Shown here piece after piece: positions 40,690-52,514 of a DNA stretch of 64,000 nucleotides. Location: the NCBI GenBank assembly GCA_000182565.2, contig KQ257452.1. One strand, written 5' to 3'. Each line of letters starts with the position of its first letter. The stretch's first letter is position 1. The notes under the pieces were generated by a model. That model worked only from the letters and a program-made list of their open reading frames with translations, made no database searches and was not told the DNA's origin. The stretch is from Spizellomyces punctatus DAOM BR117. Lineage: Eukaryota. A program made the translations under genes and the position numbers.

Positions 40690-43600
40690 TCATTCTGCAT
40701 CGTCCACAATACCAGGACAAGATACATCGATTTGAACTCCCACAGCATCCTCACCAATATCGTCCATGAAGGCAACCTTTCCAGGCTTCACAGCGAATAC
40801 ACGGATTTCAGGAGGGCTTTTGGTCAAATCAGGCACAATTCGCACCCACACACGATCAAATATGCGCACAGTTTGCGTGTCCACGGTTGCGGGATCAAAT
40901 GTGCGGCGTTTGGGTTTGGTGGCTTTAGCGTCACCGGCGGGGGTGGACGGTGTTTGATGCAAAGACGACGAATTATCACGAAGAGATACGGAGTCGTTCG
41001 ACGATATGCATGGGGTAATATTGGGATGACTTTCAGGGTTGGCGGATTCACCTTCAGGCTTGCCATTCGACGATGCGTCGCTCCCACTGCAAATGATATC
41101 TACTGCATCTTCTGCGTCTCCAATGTTCAAGTTCTCCAAGCTACCAATAACAGCGGCCATTCCATTACTATCCTTCTTCCAATAGATTCGAAGTTTGCCA
41201 ACTTCCCCTTTGACCTCTTCACACCCAACAACCTCGCCCAACTCGATTGAATCCTCAAGCCAAATTCGCTTTTCGAGTCCGTACTTGGGAACCAAGACGT
41301 CAAAACCTCTGGTCCCCACATTGTACACAATAGCCTCTGCAAAAATTCCGTCTTTCGCCGATGTTTGATTGCTTTGCGTTCCGTTGACGGCCCCCTTTTC
41401 ACACAATCGCTTCAAATATGCACACAAGAAAAGCTTTTGACTAGCTTCTTGTGCGTCTTTACTTGCGTCTTTCCGATCGTTACATTGCTTGGCAACTAGA
41501 GTTACTTCTTTCGTATTGTAAATGTCGTACTCGACGTTGTCAATGGCAGCTTCCAGCATGCGATGGACCATAACATCACAATAACGACGAATGGGCGAGG
41601 TGAAATGAGTATAGAGCGGAACGTTCAGCGCATAGTGATGCCACTTTGTAATGTCAATGGCCCCAGTACAGAAATATTTCGCTCGCTGCATTGGTTTGAT
41701 GCACAGTTGCTGCAACACAGAGCGCTGAAATGCATGCGGTATCGATTCAAACGAGGTTTGCAGGGACGCAGAGGTGGAAGAATCGATGGTATATCCCAAT
41801 TTGGCCGCAAAAGCTACAAATTCATCCATACTCCTCTTCAGAGGGTTTCGATGATTGCGTAGCAAGGCCGAATTAGAGAATCGGCTACTGATCTTTTGCG
41901 CAACAGCCATGTTCGCCAACAGCATGAACTCTTCGATCAGCTTGTTGCTGTCTTTGATCTCGTATACTCCCGTACTCACGGGGTTCCCATAATCATCAAT
42001 GGCAAACCATAACTTTACATTTTGAATGGACAACGCGCCATTTTCAAACCTGCGTCGCCTCATCATCTTGCTGAATTCGTATAGTCGCAGGACATCTCCT
42101 TTTATATCTTCGATAGTCGTGTTTCCACTAATTTCAACTTGAGGCAGTCCCTCCCAGTCCTTCCCGTCAATGAGCCTCTGAGCATGATCATAGCTTAACT
42201 TGGCGCAAGACTTGATAATAGTTCGTCCAAACCAAGGAGTTCCAATCACCATCGCAGAGGAATTCATCTTCCAAATCACCGAAAAGGCCAGGCGTTCTAC
42301 TCCAGGGTTCAAACTGCACAGTTCCTCACAAAGGAGCCTGGGTAACATAGGGATCGCCTTCTGGACAAGATAGACGGTTGTAGCACGATGTCGTGCTTCC
42401 TTGTCCAACGCGGTTCCTGGGCGTACAAAATGCGTAACATCAGCAATATGCACGCCGACTTCAAATGTTCCATCTCCTAATGGTTTGACGGAAACAGCAT
42501 CGTCCAGATCCCGAGCAGTTTGCGGATCAATTGAAAAAATGCGCTCTGAGCGCAGATCCCGACGTTTTCTGTACTCCTCCTGTGGGATACTCCAAGGAAC
42601 TGGTGGTAGGCAAGCTAATACTTCATCGGAGAACGCATCCCACGTAACTCCTGCGTCCACGAGGAGAGCATCAGTCTCTATTGAGATCTCGCCCATTTGT
42701 CCAAGTGTGCCCGTGACCACACCAAAAGGATGCTGTGAACTGGCGGGCCATCTAAGTACAGCCGCTTTGAAGAGAATGTTTTGATAAGCCACCGGGTCTT
42801 GAAGAAAATCTTTTGGCGCATGCTCAATTGGAATCGCCAGCAACGCAACGCGCTTATCGCTCTGTAAATTGGTCACATAAATTGTCAGTTGCATGCATGC
42901 ATTCACAGACGCACAAAGCATACTCACGGGCTTGAACCAGACAATCTTTGGAGGTCGATCACGGTTAGCATGTCTATCTCGCATCTGAGAAATAGGAGAA
43001 TCGAATTGGAGGGTCCCAGCAAACGACCGATCCTGACGACGTTCCGAAATGTAAACGACCTTTCCGTACACGCGATTCTCTACATCTTAAATTCAGGAAG
43101 GTTAAAACGAAGGTTAAAACGTTGAGGTAAAACCCTTCAAAAGAGCGCGCAAAGATACTTTACCAATATCTTCTTCATCCTCAGGAGCTAGTTCTTCCTC
43201 GCTACTATAACCCTCCGCGACGACATCACACTTGGCCTGGCGTTCCTGGTTACTCTTCCTCCTCTGTTCTCGTCGATTCCTCTCCCCATTTACTTCCTTT
43301 TGAAGATCTTGACCTTCCAGAAGCATGACGACTACTACATCTCCTTCAAACGCGCGATTCCGATTCTTCATTCCACAAATGTATATATCTTGTTCATCGT
43401 CGTTGACACTCACATACGAGTCAAAACGGTTGCGTTTGTTGATACGCAAAGAACCCAGCTTTAACGTCCCGTCCTTCAATCCTTCAGCCACTTGTGTACT
43501 CGTAATGTACCTAGAAAGTCACTAAGAGTTAAAAAGATTTATATTGTTGTTGTATAAAATGGAACTATCACGCACTCTTCGTAGATATTCCGTCTCGCGG

Positions 43601-45260
43601 ACACATGGGGGGATGCTCGGGGGCTTCCATACGACTCTCGAACAGCACTAGATCGAGGAGAGGCGGATGCGGATGCGGGAGTATCTTGCTGGCGCCAAGA
43701 TAAAGGTCCTTCTGGTGTGTTGGCCTGCGACTTTTCTCCAAACGATTTCTTCCCACGTTCTTTCTTCCGTGACAATGGGATACCGGTGTCAGGATTCCCC
43801 TCATTCTCGAAAACAGTGCGACCTTGACGATCAGAACTAGTTTGTTGATCATTCTTTCTGGGCGTTTCGTTCCGAGCTGATGCTCCCCGTCGGCGCACAC
43901 CGTCGTCGGCGCCGCTCCTATTGATATGCTCATGGCTTTTGGCTTGACGTATAGACGGCGATGGTTGGATTCCTGCTCGATTGCCTTTTGGTGTTTCCGG
44001 TGCTAACCCGTAGGCCAATGCTTTACCCATATCAGTTCTCCCACCAGATAGAGTTTTTTCTTTTCTCGAACCATCCCCCGCTGTGAATGGCCGGCCGTGG
44101 GATTTCATATTTCCATTATTACTGGCCGCCTCATTACGAGAACCTTCGTGGCGAATAATTTGATGAGACTTTGCTTTGCGAATGGGTCGCTTGCTGGGAG
44201 TAGGACCACTCAATGCGGTCAAGTCTGCATAGTCAATTACTTCTTCTTCCTCGTCCTTTCTGCCAGGTGTCCGGATGCATGCATCGTGCGCTGGGTTGTT
44301 GGGCACATCCTTGAGTTTCCTTGAAGAAGTAGGTGGACCCGCGTTGGTGAGCGTCGACGGAGGAGCGGGTGTACCATCGCTGTAACTGACATCTGGATTG
44401 CCAGGACTCCGAGGAGAGGTGGAACAGGATCTGGTAACAAGAAGCTTTCCACCTGAAGCAAGGGTACGGCTTTCGATCACCAAAATAGGTGTTTCTTGAT
44501 CATCCAAATGTTGTGCCTGCTTTTGCTTGTTCTTTTTTCGATTGCGTGACTTTTTCTGCCCTATACCCTCTACACCTTTGACATCTGAAGGAGGTACAGA
44601 GGGCTTGCTCTCAGTAAAGGGGTTTTCGCTTTGGAGAGCACCGTCTCCTTCCAGCACTTCCACGTCCAACGCATCTCTGGAGCCAGTCGATTTCCGTTGA
44701 TGTCGCTTTCTTCTTGATTTCTTGGGATCAGACGCACCTTGTCCGGTCGTTCCATTTTCACCCACATTGCTGGTCTCCAGCTCTGCCTGAATAGGAGGAG
44801 AATGCCCTTGCGAATCTCTTCTTTGAGCATTCTTCTTGTTCTTGGTGTTTTGACGTGTTGTCGTGTTAGATGATGATTGGATCTTTGATGACTGATGTAC
44901 CGGAGACTTTTCAGATGTTCCAGAGGCATGTCCATCCGTCATTTGCAATCCAGATCCTTCGTTCGTACCGTGGCTGCCTCGTCTTGCGCTGCTTCCACTA
45001 TGTTGCCTGCTGTGCTTAATTGGCGAAACAGGGCCAGTTTCTTCGCTATATGCCTCATTTGCGTGGTCTTTGAGAGATGCCTTAGCGAGCTTGTGGTGAG
45101 GAGGAGGTATGTAACTATACGAGCTTCGTTCTGGATCGTAGCCACTCTTTCCACCTCGTCGACTTCCCTTGCCACCTCGACCGGGGTGAGAGTCTCTCCT
45201 CGGGAAAGTATCACTGGATGGCATCTCTGCGCTAGGCGGAATATACGACGCGGAACTCAT
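40690..45260 (-). CDS. DIS3L2: DIS3L2 (RNase II/RNB family 3'-5' exoribonuclease) with long disordered N-terminus
   Basis: CSD1 (GSLRINKRNRFDSY..DIYICGMKNRNRAFEGD), KIVWFKP..DKRV, an intact catalytic motif SIDPQTARDLDDA, and YTHFTSPIRRY. Confidence 0.92.
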
Positions 45261-45808
45261 TGTCGTTTGATACTGAGAAACAAGCTTTTCCGACTAAGAA
45301 TGCGGAAAAACTTGAGTTGGACGGAATGGACGTATGGGTAGATGGAAAGACCTTGGTACATACCCTTATGCAAACCAGCTCGATGCTCCGCAGAGATTCC
45401 CACTCGTTGACCTCTCCGTATCCAAAACCTTGATTCCCTGATACCAGATGCTTTGGAAGCTGCCGACTCAAGATTAAAAAAGGGAACTGCTAAAACTCGG
45501 CCACAAGTGTCAAAGCCAAGGCACTTTCAAGTGCGCCCAATTTGGTTTAATGACGTTCACGTGATATACGCGCTACGTAAAAGACGGACTGTTCCTGTCC
45601 TGGAAGGAGTGTGACGTTTTGATGGTTTATGGGCTGGACGACTTGCAACGTCCAAGGGAGGTAGCGGGTTTTACAAATGGGTCCTTAGCGTGACGTTAAG
45701 CTCTACCTGTTTTATGCGAATAAAACCTGACTTTGAACTTGCTGGCCCTGCTTTTGTATCATTCGTTGAGCTTGCCTCGTCCTGCTGCAACTGGCTTGAG
45801 TGACCACA

Positions 45809-48800
45809 ATGTGTCCGCCTACAGGAAAAAGCCTCAAAGAGCGCTTCAAATCGGGATATATTGTTGAACATGTTCACAGAGAGGAAACTTATATCACCGC
45901 TGACTTGACAGTCACTGGTCAGACCCGTCTTTCTCACCTCGGTCACGACGTGGCCGAGCTCGCCCTCAAAGTGACGTTTGAAACACCCTCTCGCCTGCAT
46001 ATTGTCATTGGTGACCGCCAAAACCGACGATGGAGGGTACCAGAGTCCATTTTTGAGCGGCCCAGTCCTGATAGAGATCTCAAGGTTGATGATCTGGCCT
46101 ACAGTGTGGATGTGTTGACGGACAAACCAGGTGAAAATGGCCTTATCCCTGACACGATTTTATCGGTTACTCGTAATGAGGATGGCGCACCCGTCTTTCG
46201 CGCGAGTTTGAGTCAGATGGTGTTCAAGGATCAGTATATTGAACTGGTTAATACTGGGATTGCTCCGAAAAATGCGAATATTTATGGGCTTGGAGAGAAC
46301 GTTTCAGCATTGCGAAAGGACCCTGATGGGAGTATATGGACTATATTTGCCAGAGGTATGCGGTTGGCGCTTGGGGCTTTTTCAAGTACCTCGTCTCAAA
46401 ACATTTGCAAGATGCGCCAAGTCCACCAAATGAAAATCTTTACGGCTGTCGTAAGTGTGTCGCATGATGGCATGGTTGATTACTTTCATTGCTTCACTCT
46501 TGGTTCGTTTAGATCCTGTGTACATGGAACTTCGCGATGGCAAAGCTCACGGTGTGGTAAGAAGCCTCGCTCTCCAATCCATTCCGTCATGAACATTTGT
46601 TGACATTGACCCGGTGCTATAGTTTCTTCTTAACAGTAACGGAATGGACATTGAGCTGCATCCAGGAACTCTCATCTACAAGATCATTGGGGGGATTCTC
46701 GAGTTCTATGTCCTGCTCGGACCAACGCCTTTGGATGTCTGCCGCCAATATACAGATGTTGTTGGACTGCCAGCCCCTATCCCTTACTGGTCCTTGGGAT
46801 TTCATCAATGTCGATGGGGATACTATACATTGGATGAAGTCAAGAAGGTCGTTAGGAATTTTAAAAAGGCAAAGATTCCGTTGGACTGTATGTGGTTTGA
46901 TATTGAGTACGTACTGTTTCTGGTGTCTGGGTAACATCATCTCCATTGCCGGCTGACCGGGGCTTTGTATGGAACTGTGTAGCTACATGGAAGAATTTAA
47001 GGATTTCACGTACGACCCCATCCGTTATCCAGCAGCAGAACTTCAAGCGTTCATAGACAAACTTCACGAAAGAAACCAGCACGCCATCATGATTGTCGAC
47101 CCAGGCGTCAAAGTCGAAACAAATTACCCGTCCTTTGAACAAGGTCTTCAACTCGACATTTACATGAAAAACCGCAAGAGAGCCAACTTTATGGGGAAAG
47201 TATGGCCAGGACGGGTTCACTTTCCAGACTTTTTTCATCCAAAAGCTTATGAATACTGGGATCGGTGCTTGAGGGAATGGTACGAAATCTCGCATTTAGA
47301 CGGTGTTTGGCTGGACATGAACGAGCTGGCCAATTTCTGCAAAGGCGAATGCAAGGACGATCCCAGAACACCGAATAAGGCGGTGAACCTGGATGAATTG
47401 ATCCAACCGGATCTTTCTGGGCCGGCTTTGCATATTCATCCTTTGGAACCCGACGAGGAGGTACAGAGTGATGCCGGGTCAAATTGTTCTACAGCGACAG
47501 AGGTTGAATCTGTATTTGATGACTTGGAATTTGACGCTGGGGAGGATATAGGAGAAGTTGGAGAGGTACCGGTGGAAGAGTTGCAAGAAGTGCAGACATA
47601 TTCCTTAAAAGATCTTCTCGAGTCAAATATAACAAATGCCGAGTCTGGAGGGGGCAAGGAGGGAGCTGTCGGGTTTTCAATTACTGGGACTCAACAAAAG
47701 GAATCTACTGCGACACCAGAATCAACTCCTGAAATCATCTCCAGTTGGGAAGGTTTGCCTCGACCCTGCACGCCCGAACCGCCCAACGTTCCACCCCTCT
47801 CCCAGAGCCTACCCTCTCAGCCTCTCTACTCCCCCGACCGACGTCGTTCCCTCCCTCAGCGTCGTTGCTCCGCCTTCCACCACAACTGCTACACACACAG
47901 GGAATCCCACCAGTTACACCATCACACTCACCACTGTACACTCGAATACCCGCCGTACCGTATCAACAATGCAGGGGAGCGAGAAGATCTCCACACAAAC
48001 ACAACATCGATGGACTCTGTGCATTATGGCGATGTTTTGGAGTACGATGTACATAATTTGTATGGACACATGGAGTCCATTGCAACATACAAGGCTTTGA
48101 CGGTTATAGAAGGTGGAAAAAGGCCTTTTGTGCTATGTCGGAGTACGTTTGCCGGAAGTGGACGGTGGACTACCCATTGGTTGGGTGATAACTGTGAGTC
48201 TTTAGCATACGTGCAGCATGGGATGCTTGACTATTACTGATTTGATCATGTTCAAAAGTCTCAACCTTTGAATCTCTCGCCTATTCCATCCCTGGCTGCA
48301 TCAATTTTCAGCTCTTTGGCATCCACATGGTCGGTCCGGACATTGGAGGGTTCAACGGAGAACCAAGTGAAGAACTCCTGACTCGCTGGATGCAAATGTC
48401 TGCTTTCTACCCTTTCAGCCGGAACCACAACGTTCGGGGCGCCAAACCCCAAGAACCGTTCGTTACACCCCAAGTTACGCATGCATCTCGCATTGCGCTG
48501 CACACGCGGTACAAGCTTTTACCGTACTGGTACACGCTTTTCCACGAAGGCTGGACAAGGGGAACACCCGTTCTCCGTCCGTTGTGCTGGGAGTTTCCTA
48601 TGGATCCCAAAACCTGGGACATGGACACGCAATTTATGATCGGTCCTTCCATTTTGGTTGCACCTATATTGCGACAAGGTCAAGAGAGGATCGTACCTTA
48701 CCTTCCCAAATCCAACTGGTACAATTTGTATCATTACAAGGAGATCCCCTCGGCGATGCCGTTCATGTCGGCGCCGCTCACGGAGCCTACCCCCGCGTTC

Positions 48801-49244
48801 ATACGAGGGGGATATGTCGTGCCTACCCATCATACACCCAGCTTGACTGTACATGACAGTCGGGAGTCGGGGTACGACCTCCTTGTTGCACTGGATGACT
48901 CGCAGAATGCCGGGGGAACATTGTACATTGATGACGGCATATCCTTGAAAACAACTCCTACAAAGTCATCGTATGAAATATCCTTTACGGCAACCGCATC
49001 TTCTGTTCGGTCCTCTGGTGCAAAGGTTGCAGAAGACGTTGAATGGGCCATCCCGGATTCGTATATAGTTCATGAGATTGTGGTGATGGGAGTGCGGACA
49101 GAGGATGAGAATACGGATAAGCCGTTTCGCGTTACAGTGAATGGAGATGCCAGACAGTCGACTTTGGATATAGGGGTGTTGAAAATGGATGTGGGCGTCC
49201 ATGTTTCTGAGGCCTTTGAGGTGGTTTGGGGCTGGGGGGACTGA
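45809..49244 (+). CDS. GH31 alpha-glucosidase, multi-exon
   Basis: YWSLGFHQCRWGY, WFDID, nucleophile motif DGVWLDMNE, YDVHNLYG, acid/base motif HWLGDN, and GPDIGGF. Confidence 0.95.
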
Positions 49245-49967
49245 CAAACCATTGAGTTTTTTTCTTTTTTGTTTCCCCTTGTATATAGTTGAACTTTTAG
49301 GGCCGATATCTCTCTCTTTTTGTTGCATAGTTTTCTTGTAACTGCCGTGTACTATGTAAAACTTGGAGGAACGACTTTCTCAACATTTTTTCACCGTCCC
49401 AGTTCAACATTGAATGTGACAAGTCACTTGTTTCAAGTTTCCATATGACAATTAGGATTTTGTCACTCCATGTGAATGATATTTGGACAGATCCGTAGAA
49501 TGCAGGATCCTTGGCAGTCCGTTGAATCATCCAAGGATGTTTTAGAACACTTTGCAAGTTAATCACACGTGATTTGCTTATATAAGCAACAAATTTCACA
49601 TCGCACCACCCTCAGCTATCGAATGACCTTTCTCATTCCACTTGAACAAATGCCAATCTGTTTCTTTTTTTTGTTTCGTGGCGCTGAGTTTTAACTAAAG
49701 ATGGCTCGATCATATGCAAAAAGTAGGCCCACTTTTATGAATGTGGTTTTTCTTGCAGAGTCAGTCTGTTTTGTTTGGGTTGGTGGTTGACATGATTGAG
49801 AGCGTGATCCCATCTGGCTTGCTTTGCTTTTTGTTTATGGCCCGTTGAGAAGTCTCTCTCGTTTGTTCACTGACGTCTCCGCGTCGAATATGTAAAGTGC
49901 ATATCTATTACTTTCATCTAAAAGGACCCCCTGTCACCCGCACACGATCCTGAACCAAACGCTGGCA

Positions 49968-50336
49968 ATGATGATGGACGGGAATGCAACCCGGTTGTTG
50001 AAGCAGACGCTTGTGATTGGGATGCAAGAGATTGATTTTGGTATGAAGGAGTTGCGTATTATGTTCATTAACATACTGGTTTAACATTTGCTTGTAGCGA
50101 CAGCAATAGTATGCTCATTTCTGTCGGCCCTCCTCCTTGTGGGAACAATTCGCATCGTCCTCGAAAAGTGTTTGATGGATACCATCTCATGGCAAGAAAA
50201 GGTGGGTACGTGTGTTTGAACATTGTCCCATACCCGTGTGTTGAACGGTTTGGTTTGGATTTTAGACCTGCAAAACACATGCCTCCGATTTGAAATCTGG
50301 CGTACCGACCTAGACTCCAACACCATATTCCATTGA
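49968..50336 (+). CDS. Small (~83 aa) single-pass membrane protein, 3 exons (not in the ORF track)
   Basis: Exons 49968-50040, 50098-50205 and 50266-50336 are joined in frame by GT-AG introns; hydrophobic segment ATAIVCSFLSALLLVGTIRIVL. Confidence 0.5.
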
Positions 50337-51039
50337 GCACACTACACCAAAGCGCCCACACCCAAAAGGGTTGCTTCCATACCATTATTTTACTGATACC
50401 TGATACAAACATCTTTGCATTTGTATATATGTAGACTAACGATATATTGTTTGATATTATTATGAGAGATCTTTATTGTTAGTTCTTTGTTTGCTTTTGG
50501 ATTTGCTTGTTTTTGTCATTGTGGAGAATAGAGAGAGAGACATAGCTCCCTGATCGTCGTGGTTGCGCAAGGCTGACTTGCAGATCTTGCAGTGATTTGG
50601 TATCTAGCACACACACTCGTCTCAATTGCCTTGAAACCCCAAAGGCATGTTGCGCAGCTGTTCACAACGGGATAACAGCATGTCTTTTCCTTTGATGCAT
50701 ATCCAGTTGTGCTTTGACCTGCAACAAGAACCAGAAGCCTTTCCTTGTTTGCAACGGCAACAGTCGCCGATCTCCCCCCCTCAAGGACACGTTTTGCAAA
50801 AGTTGCCCCAAACGTTGGTCTTTTCAATTTTCAATATTTGCTATAAAAGGTTACATGAATCCTTTGCAGCCAATCAGCTTCATCCATCATTTAGTCTAAT
50901 ATGGCAATGTGGCGCAGTCCACCCCAAGCGAATTTCCTACAAGAACCGAGTTGTCCGGACGGTTTCCCCCTCCTTCCCATCAACCCCCATCTTCGACCTC
51001 CCAACCCTTTCCCCACACTCTCCAACAACACTTGCAAAC

Positions 51040-51878
<839 letters not shown>

Positions 51879-51978
51879 NNNNNNNNNNNNNNNNNNNNNN
51901 NNNNNNNNNNNNNNNNNNNNNNNNNNNNNNNNNNNNNNNNNNNNNNNNNNNNNNNNNNNNNNNNNNNNNNNNNNNNNN
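51879..51978. other. Assembly gap (100 N)
   Basis: Run of N. Confidence 1.
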
Positions 51979-52149
51979 TTCCGTTACTCTTCATTTTGTG
52001 ATGAAGTTTTGTGAACTATGATGAAGGCATTGCATAGCAATACAGTCATTGTGATTGCCATACGCCACATTAATGGTTTTGTAGGTGGCGATCGGGGGCA
52101 ACCTCATGATCGAGTATTACATAAGCTTTCTCACGTGATCCGCGCTTTT

Positions 52150-52345
52150 GGGGTATCATTACACACAACGCACCTGTTTCCCAGATAGGGTTAGGGTTAG
52201 GGTTAGATCTGGCTATAGTTTCCAACGTGGACTACGCGGAGGGCAATAGCGAAATATAGGTGAAACGGCCATATCCCATAAAATAGTTGATAGCAATATC
52301 CGTCTTTTCTCTCGTCAATGAGTGGTATCAGGTTTCAACACATCC
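52150..52345 (+). ncRNA. Candidate box H/ACA snoRNA with an insertion containing TTAGGG repeats
   Basis: Hairpin 1 (ggggtat/atatccc; cacct/aggtg), H box ATAAAA at 52278-52283, hairpin 2 (gttga/tcaac), ACA at 52340-52342. The pocket strand aacggccat is complementary to 18S AUGGCCGUU. Confidence 0.5.
52186..52206 (+). repeat. Interstitial telomeric repeat, ~3.5 x TTAGGG
   Basis: tagggttagggttagggttag, flanked by the inverted repeat ccagat/atctgg. Confidence 0.9.
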
Positions 52346-52514
52346 ATCTCACATCACATACCTGTTTAACTCTTGCACAGGGTTTGTGTGCATGCCAAGT
52401 GTCCCAATGATCCATGATATAAAAAGACTATTGTAAATAGCAAATAATAAAAAAGAAACCGAAAAGTAAATGGTTCTTATATAAATAATTACATTATTTC
52501 TTTATACTCTGGTT

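Noticed and set aside
52186-52206. Telomerase RNA template on the minus strand, or a true chromosome end
   Set aside because: 3.5 repeats is far longer than a template, G-U pairs favour a + strand RNA, and the tract is short and internal.
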